Source: an uncultured Clostridia bacterium
GTDB lineage: Bacteria; Bacillota; Clostridia; Oscillospirales; CAG-272
Assembly: GCA_948466345.1 (NCBI GenBank)
Contig: CAOKAC010000006.1
Location: 36,200 to 100,199, forward strand
Direction of reading: 5' to 3'
DNA: 64,000 nucleotides
The translations under genes and the position numbers were made by a program. The notes under the pieces are model-generated. The model was given only the letters and a program-made list of their open reading frames with translations, had not been told where the DNA came from and ran no database searches. Below are positions 35,681 through 43,123 of the stretch, piece after piece; the first letter of the stretch is position 1, and the number at the start of each line of letters is the position of its first letter.

Positions 35681-35853
35681 TGTTTGCTCCTTTCTTCCAG
35701 CTGTGCGCGTACATCTCGATTGAAATTTTCATACCCCAAATTTGCCAATACCACATTTAATGTATCGGTAAGACTGTAGAGCCAGCTGATAAGCTGCGCC
35801 GTATTGTTCTGCGCCTCCTCTGTGATGGGAGGCGGATCCATATGAAATTTCAT
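35677..35853 (-). CDS. 58-aa ORF below the ORF-track cutoff, translationally coupled to the LysM gene
   Basis: My own translation: MKFHMDPPPITEEAQNNTAQLISWLYSLTDTLNVVLANLGYENFNRDVRAQLEERSKQ. GAGGAAG SD. Its TGA overlaps the LysM ATG (ATGA), and its 3' end carries the LysM SD. Confidence 0.55.
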   Translation of the reverse strand: MKFHMDPPPITEEAQNNTAQLISWLYSLTDTLNVVLANLGYENFNRDVRAQLEERSKQ

Positions 35854-35875
35854 ACTTCCTCACACCTTTCGATTG

Positions 35876-37684
35876 CTATAGCTTCCACCGTTTTGCGCCG
35901 CAATTCTCTGTCTGTTTGGTAATAGAACAAATGACTGCATCCCCCGTACCGGATATTCGGAGACGAAAATGATCACATCTGCGTGGCCGCAGCGGAATTT
36001 CCACAGCGCTCTTTTTTCTCCCCTCAATAACCTGCTGCCGTCGCCATACACCGTCACTGTCATATTCCACATCCACCTGTACACGACTACCGAAAGGAAT
36101 ATCCAGACGTAGCTGCAGCATAGTCACATATATATGATCCGGTGTCTCATACTCCAGTTCTGCAGTCTCGCAGTACCAGGAGACAGGAGGTTCCAAAGCA
36201 CCTGCATTTTCTTCGTTCCGTCCGTTATAGGAACCACCTACAGTATACACTTGATTTCCTTCTTCTCCATCACAAAGCATATATAGTTCCCTGCCGCAAC
36301 GGCAAAAATCTTTTACTGAAATATCGTCCTCTTTATGCCACTGACGCTTTACCGTATCGTAAGTAAGCAAACTGCGCCTGCCGGACATATCCTCCATAGA
36401 TATAAAGTATCGGTCGTCCACTCCTCCAGCCACAGCATTTTTCCATTTGGTATTGCTAAGCGCTGCATCTATATTCACAGGAATCCCACCGTCATATTTG
36501 ACGACTCCGTTGGCAGATTTGTAATACAGCACATCATTTACAACTACTGCGCTTTTAGCACTTCCACTTTCAATTCCGCGCAGTGCATGTTCCGTCATGG
36601 TAAATTCCGCAGGATAGTCGCCGTATATTTTAATAATAGTATCCTCTTTAAAAAATATCGGCTTTCCATCATAGCATACCGCACCAGTAAATACGCCGCA
36701 AGAACCTACAGATGCCTGCCAGGAGTCTGTAGAAACGCCAAGAAACTTCCGCCAGTTTTTTGGATCCCCCAAGGCGCTGGCATATATCTCATTAATAGGC
36801 TTTCCGGCGGCGTCTACTCCATATCGGCAACCCCATAAGCGGTTTCCAGCAGCCACTACATAATCCATATCTGGTACAAGCCGGGAAACGGTAACAATTG
36901 TCCCACCCATTTGGACAATCGTTTTAGAGGCTGTAATTACAATATACTGATGCAGAGGATCTACTTTTTGAATGCTGTAGTCTCCATTCAGCTCCTTGTC
37001 AGAAAAACCCGAAATCGTTACCGTATCCATGTCAGAAAAGCCGGTAGTATATGCCACATTGGTTACAAAATCCCCTTTTTCCCCGTTTACCAACTTATAC
37101 CGTTTGCGCATCAAACGCCTGTAAGATGTTTCTTTCTCCGTCGGGTTTCCGTCCAAATCGCAGGGCTCTAAAACTACTTCAAAATAACCGTCTCCCCCCG
37201 GACTGTAAATCGCTCCGGTTTCCAGTTGGGCAACCGCTTCCAGCTTGCCAAGATCCGTGAGATCCATCAAATTGACGTAAAACTTATCTGGAAAAAAATA
37301 TACATACCCGCCAGATACAACGCCCACTTTTTCTGTGTCCAATGTTTCAAACATAGCAGGACCTGCCACATCCTTAAAATGTAAAACGCCATCGTCTTTA
37401 TAATAAAAAGCGCGAATACGCTCTCCACGTACCGCAACCAGCGCGTTTTGATGAATCGTATCATTCAAACATAAATCCAAAGAAGAAAGCCCGTATATTT
37501 TGTAATCTCCCAAATTCATAATTCCGCGCCTGTCTCGGACAGATATTCTCGGGGAATGCTTTCCAGACATATTTTTCATATCAAGGAATCCACCGGCAGC
37601 AGGCTTTGCCCGTTTATCCAGTCCCGTAAATGCAGTAAGTATCGTTTTGCTGCGTTTGTTTGCTTTCAGTCCCGTCACTCTCAT
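35876..37684 (-). CDS. 602-aa beta-rich phage structural protein of unknown role
   Basis: Position in the block and composition, with repeated strand-like segments (YVYFFPDKFYVN, NRLWGC, VLYYKSANGVVKYDGG, RYFISMEDMSGRRSLLTYD, ELYMLCDG). I recognise no motif. Confidence 0.5.
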   Translation of the reverse strand: MRVTGLKANKRSKTILTAFTGLDKRAKPAAGGFLDMKNMSGKHSPRISVRDRRGIMNLGDYKIYGLSSLDLCLNDTIHQNALVAVRGERIRAFYYKDDGVLHFKDVAGPAMFETLDTEKVGVVSGGYVYFFPDKFYVNLMDLTDLGKLEAVAQLETGAIYSPGGDGYFEVVLEPCDLDGNPTEKETSYRRLMRKRYKLVNGEKGDFVTNVAYTTGFSDMDTVTISGFSDKELNGDYSIQKVDPLHQYIVITASKTIVQMGGTIVTVSRLVPDMDYVVAAGNRLWGCRYGVDAAGKPINEIYASALGDPKNWRKFLGVSTDSWQASVGSCGVFTGAVCYDGKPIFFKEDTIIKIYGDYPAEFTMTEHALRGIESGSAKSAVVVNDVLYYKSANGVVKYDGGIPVNIDAALSNTKWKNAVAGGVDDRYFISMEDMSGRRSLLTYDTVKRQWHKEDDISVKDFCRCGRELYMLCDGEEGNQVYTVGGSYNGRNEENAGALEPPVSWYCETAELEYETPDHIYVTMLQLRLDIPFGSRVQVDVEYDSDGVWRRQQVIEGRKKSAVEIPLRPRRCDHFRLRISGTGDAVICSITKQTENCGAKRWKL

Positions 37685-37695
37685 ACTACACCTGC

Positions 37696-38067
37696 CTATA
37701 AAGTGATATTACCCACAGACAAAGGCATATGGGTACGGTTATACCAGTCGCAAAAGGACGTATACGCTGCCGCAAACAGAGCGGCAGCATTGTTATATTG
37801 ATTCATATCCTGAAGCAGTAAATTTGACCGCATCATTAGATAAAACACGTATAATTCCCCGTAAGGGTCTTTAGCAAGCAGTTCCCTCTCTCCATCGTCT
37901 TCTCCAAAAGGCGTCCAATCTCCCCACTCTGGTGCACCTGCATGCGTACAGATAATTTCTTCATACAGCATAGATTCAACATCAGAAAGCCAACGCAGTT
38001 TTGCTTCCCTGCCATAATTGTCTCCAGTCATTTCGTCGCAGCGGGCAATTGCTTCATTTACAGTCAT
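37696..38067 (-). CDS. 123-aa phage head-completion/connector-like protein (uncharacterised family)
   Basis: MTVNEAIARCDEMTGDNYGREAKLRWLSDVE...YNNAAALFAAAYTSFCDWYNRTHMP. From memory, this pattern recurs downstream of capsid genes in Firmicute prophages. AAAGAGGGG SD. Confidence 0.45.
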   Translation of the reverse strand: MTVNEAIARCDEMTGDNYGREAKLRWLSDVESMLYEEIICTHAGAPEWGDWTPFGEDDGERELLAKDPYGELYVFYLMMRSNLLLQDMNQYNNAAALFAAAYTSFCDWYNRTHMPLSVGNITL

Positions 38068-38139
38068 ACAAATCCCCTCTTTCTTGTATGGGCTATGGCG
38101 CTGCCAGCGCCATAGCCCCTCTCTTTTCATATGAGGACG

Positions 38140-38370
38140 TCAGCCGTTGGCGTACGCCTCAATAAATGCTTCCGCCGCCGCATCCTGCCGCAGTGAGTTT
38201 TCAATCACTTCAGCATAGCGAAGCGGCACCTCCACGTTTTTTCCTGTCTGAATCAACATGTTTTCCCCATTAACAGCTACATACCGTTCTGTATCGTTTT
38301 TATTTTTTCGGGGAATAAAAACAGTTCTCGTTTCTTCTTTTTCAGAAGTATTTTTTAAAGCTTTTGCCAT
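38140..38370 (-). CDS. 76-aa phage protein immediately downstream of the capsid gene
   Basis: MAKALKNTSEKEETRTVFIPRKNKNDTERYVAVNGENMLIQTGKNVEVP..., with a GATGAGGA SD. Function unknown. Confidence 0.5.
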   Translation of the reverse strand: MAKALKNTSEKEETRTVFIPRKNKNDTERYVAVNGENMLIQTGKNVEVPLRYAEVIENSLRQDAAAEAFIEAYANG

Positions 38371-38400
38371 GTCTGTATCCTCATCTTTCAAAATGATTCT

Positions 38401-39765
38401 TTAGTTTGTTTCAATAGAACTGCCGTTGAAGGACGAACCGGATTCAACTCGCAGCATATATTCTTCTACCAATCTTGCAGCCGCCTTTGTAGCCTTCCAG
38501 CCCACAGATGATCTTTGATTCAAGGGATCGTTGCCATATCCTTTCTGTTTTACAATATGTTCGATCCCGCCGCCGCCAATATCCGTGGTACCGTATGCAT
38601 TTGCTCCTAAAAACATAGTTGCAAAGACAGCAGCTCCATCCTTTCCGCAATTTGCGGAAATAAGCTTGTCGCCAGAAGTATAGGTTACTCCTGAAAGAGG
38701 TGCGTCCAGATAAATATATTTCGATGTAGTGTTCACACCTACAATGGTTGCAAATACCTTTCCGGAAGTATTGGTATAATAAATATCCCGGCCTACAAGT
38801 GCATCTGTAACCGATTCAGAAACTGTTACCCGGCTTTCTGTGGCAATACCGCTTGTACAGGTGCCAGCTGACGCAGAATCGGTATATGCAGTCACTGTCA
38901 GCTCTTTTGCAAAGCCCAGATTTCCATCATGATATACCTTTGCCTCCGTCGTTTGTACAAAGCGTACGCCGCCAAGAGTGCCGATCTCACCCTGGAGTAC
39001 GGTAGCAGGATCTGTATATTTTTGAATGTCCAGCCACTGTCCCTCTGCATCCTGCATCAAATCGTATGCTACATATGGGTGAATCACAGCTACATAAGAA
39101 CCATCAATAGAAGGAGCATTCATAGCTTTCAATATTGCAGCAGCCTTAAATACATCCTTTACGCGCAGTTTCGCATCCGCGCCCAAATCGCTGCGGGAAG
39201 TGACTTCTGTCTCCTTGCCGTCAGCAGATACCTTCGGACAGTAATACACATTCGTACCGCCAATAATCTGATTGCGAACGACTGTGTCTATTGTTCTTCC
39301 TGCCTGATCTGCCAACTGCTTTGTCGCCTCTACTACAATGGGATCCACACTGGTCAGTTCGATCATGTCTGTTAATTCTACATAATCGCCGTACTGGTCT
39401 ACAGTAGTAGTTACAGGAACAACAGTCAGCTTGCTTCCGGTAGGTGTAACGCCTTCCGTGATAGGCGTCAATGCCTTTGGCAGACTAGAAAATTTACGAA
39501 ATTCAATGGTTTTGCCGCCATTTTGCGGAATGGGACGTTTTTGACCAAACTGGTCAAAAACAAGACTCGGTCCAGATAGCTCAATCAGAGTCTTATCGTA
39601 AAATGTCTTCATTTCTGCGGACAAGCCGCTTTCACTGCCTGGTGTCGCCACATAATCTTGGCTATTTGCTGGCGCGTTTACATTTACAAATGCCTGTGTA
39701 CCGTGTACAACCTCCCCCGCACCAAACAACTGCAAATCCAGCATTCCCTTACATGATCTTGTCAT
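38401..39765 (-). CDS. phage major capsid protein, HK97 fold, N4-gp56-like family
   Basis: 454 aa with MKTFYDKTLIE...FDQFGQKRPIPQNGGKTIEFRKFSSLPKALTPITEGVTPTG...YGDYVELTD, the signature I associate with N4-gp56-family capsids. GGAGAAAGGA SD. Confidence 0.78.
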   Translation of the reverse strand: MTRSCKGMLDLQLFGAGEVVHGTQAFVNVNAPANSQDYVATPGSESGLSAEMKTFYDKTLIELSGPSLVFDQFGQKRPIPQNGGKTIEFRKFSSLPKALTPITEGVTPTGSKLTVVPVTTTVDQYGDYVELTDMIELTSVDPIVVEATKQLADQAGRTIDTVVRNQIIGGTNVYYCPKVSADGKETEVTSRSDLGADAKLRVKDVFKAAAILKAMNAPSIDGSYVAVIHPYVAYDLMQDAEGQWLDIQKYTDPATVLQGEIGTLGGVRFVQTTEAKVYHDGNLGFAKELTVTAYTDSASAGTCTSGIATESRVTVSESVTDALVGRDIYYTNTSGKVFATIVGVNTTSKYIYLDAPLSGVTYTSGDKLISANCGKDGAAVFATMFLGANAYGTTDIGGGGIEHIVKQKGYGNDPLNQRSSVGWKATKAAARLVEEYMLRVESGSSFNGSSIETN

Positions 39766-39793
39766 CTTTTTTCCTTTCTCCGCCGTTGCGGAA

Positions 39794-40603
39794 TCAGAAT
39801 TTTACTTTCGCGCCGTGCTCCACCCGCCGAAGAATATCTCGTATTCCCCGTCCGGTTAAATGCTCGACACTGGTCTTTCGAGAAATTCCCGATTGGCCCT
39901 TGACTCCGTTTTCATCAGGCCGTGCAACTTCTTTGCGAAGCAACTCTGCCGCTCGCTTAGTCCCTTTTTCCGTGGCCTGTTGTACAGCAGCTTGCAGCAA
40001 CTGATTAAAATGTACCGCTTGCCATGCCTCTTCCATAGAAAATCCAGCACGGAGCAGTCCACAAAAGCGCCTGTCAGACAGCTCTTTCTCCAGATTGAAT
40101 CCCCGTACCTTTTTAGAAAGCGCTCCAGCTTCATCTAGAAGCATTTGATACTGCTTTGCAGCGCTTCGCCGGCGCAGTCTTTCCTCTAACGCATTTTTGG
40201 TTTCGGTTCGACCAAGAGCATCCGCAATTCCATCAACATCTGTTTCCTGCATTTGGTACATAGCCGCAAGTCTTTGTATTATGCGTACTGCTCCACCTGG
40301 CAGTGTGTCCATTAGGGACGCAGGCTCCTGTACTATATTTTCCCCTTGGACTGTTTTCTCCTGTACAGATTGTCCGCTACCCTCGAGGGTAGCGGTTTCC
40401 CCGCTCTCTCTGCCAACCGGTGCAGCGGAGCGGCTCTGCTGTTTTACAGTTCTTTGGGCACTGCCTGTGCGCTCTTTTTCGTTTTCGGACTGTTCTGCAG
40501 CACAGTCCATTGTTTGCGCACTAGGATGTTCAGAACTTTGCACACCGCTATTAGCGCCGCCTTCTTCACCAAACAGGCGTAGATTCAATGAAACTTTTTT
40601 CAT
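39794..40603 (-). CDS. phage scaffolding-like protein
   Basis: Directly upstream of the capsid gene. It has a low-complexity S/Q/E-rich N-terminal half and a helical C-terminal half ending RPDENG...SVEHLTGRGIRDILRRVEHGAKVKF. Start MKKVSLNLRLFG follows AAAGTGAGG. The 65 upstream codons in the ORF track were trimmed. Confidence 0.65.
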   Translation of the reverse strand: MKKVSLNLRLFGEEGGANSGVQSSEHPSAQTMDCAAEQSENEKERTGSAQRTVKQQSRSAAPVGRESGETATLEGSGQSVQEKTVQGENIVQEPASLMDTLPGGAVRIIQRLAAMYQMQETDVDGIADALGRTETKNALEERLRRRSAAKQYQMLLDEAGALSKKVRGFNLEKELSDRRFCGLLRAGFSMEEAWQAVHFNQLLQAAVQQATEKGTKRAAELLRKEVARPDENGVKGQSGISRKTSVEHLTGRGIRDILRRVEHGAKVKF

Positions 40604-40640
40604 GTCAACCTCACTTTCTGACTTCGCGGAGTCTGAAGCT

Positions 40641-40649
40641 ATTATAGCA
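40641..40649 (-). promoter_or_regulatory. extended -10 promoter element (TGcTATAAT) for the phage-derived block
   Basis: The minus strand reads CTGCTATAAT, 38 nt upstream of the scaffold ATG and just downstream of the deoB terminator. The -35 is weak. Confidence 0.45.
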
Positions 40650-40702
40650 GCGCAAAAAGCCCCCGTCTCCCTTAGAAAACCGGATTCGCATTTTTGCAAC
40701 AG

Positions 40703-40733
40703 AAAAGACGGCGTCACTCCACGCCGTCTTTTT
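40703..40733 (-). terminator. deoB terminator hairpin overlapping the deoB stop codon
   Basis: AGACGGCGT / ACGCCGTCT 9-bp stem (40706-40714 / 40721-40729). The stop codon (40714-40716) sits at the junction of stem and loop, and TTTT follows on the minus strand. Confidence 0.5.
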
Positions 40734-41910
40734 GAATCAATTGTAAAAAGGATTTCCCATAAAGCATATGTGCATCCGCCCCCAGCAGTTCTGTACACGT
40801 TTTTCCAAGATCTCCAAAACAGGTCCGTGTACCCAAAGAAACAGATGCAATTTTCGGTCCCGCAATGAGCACGGGCACAAACTCCCTTGTGTGGTCTGTG
40901 CCAATATAGCCTGGATCACATCCGTGATCCGCTGTTACGATCATACAATCTTCCGCTTCCAGCATTCCATATAGCTGCTGCAAAAAACGGTCCATATCCA
41001 TTACCGCCCCCGCATATCCTGCCGAATCCCGCCGATGGCCATACTGCATATCGAAATCCACTAAATTTACAAAACAAAGTCCTACAAAAGACTCCCGGCA
41101 CACATTCAGCGTTTTTGCCATACCATCCGCATTGGACTGCGTGTGTATTTCACGAGTAATTCCTCTGTGTGCAAAAATATCACCTATTTTCCCAATACCG
41201 ATAACTTCCATTCCAGCTTTTGCAATGCAGTCACACATAGTTTCTGCAGGAGGCTCGAGGGCATAGTCCCTGCGATTGGACGTCCGCACAAAGCTTGGCT
41301 CCCCCCCTGCAAAGGGTCGGGCAATCACCCTGCCTACCGCATGAGGACCGGATAACAGTTTACGCGCCTCTTCACAGTACCGATACAAATCTTCTACAGG
41401 AATCACATTTTCATGGGCAGCAACCTGAAAAACGCTGTCCGCTGAAGTGTATACAATTAGCTTTCCTGTTTCCATATGCTCACGGCCAAAGTCCCGAATT
41501 ACTTGAGTGCCGGAATAAGGTTTATTGCATAGCCATCCTCTGCCCCACTTGCTGCTGATTTCTTCCATCAGCTCCTGCGGGAATCCATCCGGATAGGTTG
41601 GCATTTTCACATTGGAAACAAGACCAGCGATTTCCCAATGCCCTGTCACCGTATCCTTGCCCGCAGATACCTCACGCATACGCCCGTATGCCCCAATTGG
41701 TTGACTGATACGATACCTGTCTGTAGGCATCCCCTCCAAATTTTCAATCCCCATCCGTGTCAAAAAAGGCGCTGAAAAATTCTCATGCCTACATAAAGTT
41801 CCATAGGTGTCGCTCCCGCTATCATCCCCATCTCCGTTATGATATTTGTCGGCATCCGGAGCCGCTCCCACACCCATACTGTCTGCCACTATCAAAAATA
41901 TTCTTTTCAC
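40714..41910 (-). CDS. deoB: phosphopentomutase
   Basis: MKRIFLIVADSMGVG, GKDTVTGHWEIAG, NLVDFDMQYGHRRD and TADHGCDP, the metal-binding motifs of DeoB. Confidence 0.9.
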   Translation of the reverse strand: MKRIFLIVADSMGVGAAPDADKYHNGDGDDSGSDTYGTLCRHENFSAPFLTRMGIENLEGMPTDRYRISQPIGAYGRMREVSAGKDTVTGHWEIAGLVSNVKMPTYPDGFPQELMEEISSKWGRGWLCNKPYSGTQVIRDFGREHMETGKLIVYTSADSVFQVAAHENVIPVEDLYRYCEEARKLLSGPHAVGRVIARPFAGGEPSFVRTSNRRDYALEPPAETMCDCIAKAGMEVIGIGKIGDIFAHRGITREIHTQSNADGMAKTLNVCRESFVGLCFVNLVDFDMQYGHRRDSAGYAGAVMDMDRFLQQLYGMLEAEDCMIVTADHGCDPGYIGTDHTREFVPVLIAGPKIASVSLGTRTCFGDLGKTCTELLGADAHMLYGKSFLQLIQKDGVE

Positions 41911-42138
41911 AAATTTTCTCCCGATTCATCCACTCTTTATTTCTAATAGTATCACCACTTTACCTGTTGGTCAATAATCTCTGCCATGAAAATCCGATAT
42001 TTCCAGAAATTAATCGTACCATTTTCTCGCCGCACGCATTATAATATTAGTAGTATATAAAGAGCGAGAGAATTTCTCCTAAAGAAACGGATTGCGCCTC
42101 TAGGCGCCGAAAGGCACAGGTTAAAAGTGGAAGTAATT

Positions 42139-42681
42139 ATGATTAGTGGTGAAAAGCTGAAGGTAATGCTGTCCTCGGCAGATATGGAATACTATGCAAT
42201 AAGCTGCGATATGCTGGATAGCGGCAATGCCCAGTCACGGTGTGCGTTTCGCAAAATCTTAGAGGACGCCCGTGGACAATGTGGTTTTGATGCAGCTGGC
42301 GCGAAAGTATTTGTTCAGGTTTTCCCGTCAAAAGAAGGAGGCTGCGAAATGTTTGTAACAAAACTGGGAGACACTTCAAAAATGAGTTTTCAATCCCAGA
42401 CCAACCAGACCGGTAAGAAGTTTTTTTATGTTTACAGCTTTGATTGCCTAAACAAAATGCTGGAAGCATGCGCCGTAATCCAAAGGCTGCAATACAGCGA
42501 TGATAGCTTTGCCTATACCGACACCAGACGAAAGCGATATTTTCTAACGCTGGAAACAGATATTCCCAATCTATCTGAATTTGGCGGCCGAAAATGCCGC
42601 AGTAACGCGCGCTTTTACATATCCGAGCACTGCAATTTGATCTGCGAAGGCGCGGTGGAACGTCTTTCTGCTTTGGCATAA
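42139..42681 (+). CDS. MecA-like adaptor protein (short clostridial form)
   Basis: The pattern MISGEKLKVMLSSADMEYY...FRKILEDARGQCGFDAAGAKVFVQVFPSKEGGCEMFVTKL parallels the MecA N-terminal domain layout. Recognition is moderate. Confidence 0.55.
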   Translation: MISGEKLKVMLSSADMEYYAISCDMLDSGNAQSRCAFRKILEDARGQCGFDAAGAKVFVQVFPSKEGGCEMFVTKLGDTSKMSFQSQTNQTGKKFFYVYSFDCLNKMLEACAVIQRLQYSDDSFAYTDTRRKRYFLTLETDIPNLSEFGGRKCRSNARFYISEHCNLICEGAVERLSALA

Positions 42682-42689
42682 TTTTAGCA

Positions 42690-42725
42690 AAAAAACAGAC
42701 TTCCCTATAGGGAAGTCTGTTTTTC
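42690..42725 (+). terminator. rho-independent terminator
   Basis: CAGACTTCCC-TATA-GGGAAGTCTG 10-bp stem (42696-42719) followed by TTTTT. Confidence 0.65.
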
Positions 42726-42750
42726 TATAAGAAAAATTTTCAAATACCTC

Positions 42751-42782
42751 TTGACAAATAATACTATGTGGTATATAGTATA
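42751..42782 (+). promoter_or_regulatory. padR operon promoter with an overlapping inverted repeat
   Basis: TTGACA (42751-42756), 17 nt, TATAGT (42774-42779). The inverted repeat ATACTAT (42761-42767) / ATAGTAT (42775-42781) spans the -10. Confidence 0.55.
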
Positions 42783-42802
42783 TTGCGACAGGAGGTATAT
42801 AG

Positions 42803-43123
42803 ATGGATATGCAGTTAAAGCGCGGACTTCTGGATATATGTGTCCTAGCCGCAATCAAACAAGAGGATTCCTATGGATATCAAATTATTAAAGATATTAA
42901 ACCGTATGTAGAAATCTCTGAATCAACTCTCTATCCTATTCTAAGAAGGCTAGAAAATGCAGAACAGCTGACAGTGCGTTCTGTAGAACATGCCGGAAGA
43001 CTGCGAAAGTATTATCATATTACACCCTTCGGATTGGAACGGATCGCAGCCTTTCAAAAGGAATGGAACGAAATTTTATCAATTTATCGATTTGTAACAA
43101 GGGAGGAATGTGAAAATGTGTAA
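42803..43123 (+). CDS. PadR family transcriptional regulator
   Basis: LDICVLAAIKQEDSYGYQIIKDI...STLYPILRRLE, with an AGGAGG SD. Confidence 0.85.
   Translation: MDMQLKRGLLDICVLAAIKQEDSYGYQIIKDIKPYVEISESTLYPILRRLENAEQLTVRSVEHAGRLRKYYHITPFGLERIAAFQKEWNEILSIYRFVTREECENV

Larger units (their letters stand above)
34877..40650 (-). mobile_element. phage-derived head-morphogenesis block (prophage remnant or domesticated module)
   Basis: Seven co-directional intact ORFs, including a scaffold-like protein and an HK97-fold capsid. They are bounded by their own promoter and terminator. The flanks are housekeeping genes, and I found no integrase or att repeats. Confidence 0.55.

Noticed and set aside
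36058-36066. An isolated TGTCATATT half-site of the WYL palindrome inside the 602-aa gene.
   Set aside because: It is a single half-site with no inverted partner at N6 spacing, deep inside coding sequence, so it is most likely chance.
40618-40635. The idea that the capsid-block leader palindrome is a third WYL operator.
   Set aside because: Only a GAC...GTC core and the N6-like spacing are shared, and the AATATGACA half-site is absent. It is reported separately as an independent, weaker candidate.
33489-40713. att-type direct repeats, a tRNA target or an integrase marking the island as an integrated element.
   Set aside because: By eye I found no matching direct repeats at the two borders, no tRNA and no recombinase gene. 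GC content looked similar to the flanks. I could not compute this rigorously, so it remains unproven rather than excluded.
42143-42679. A 178-aa minus-strand ORF almost coextensive with the 184-aa plus-strand ORF.
   Set aside because: The plus-strand product has a MecA-like pattern, an SD and a downstream terminator. The minus-strand product is R/C-rich nonsense with no signals.
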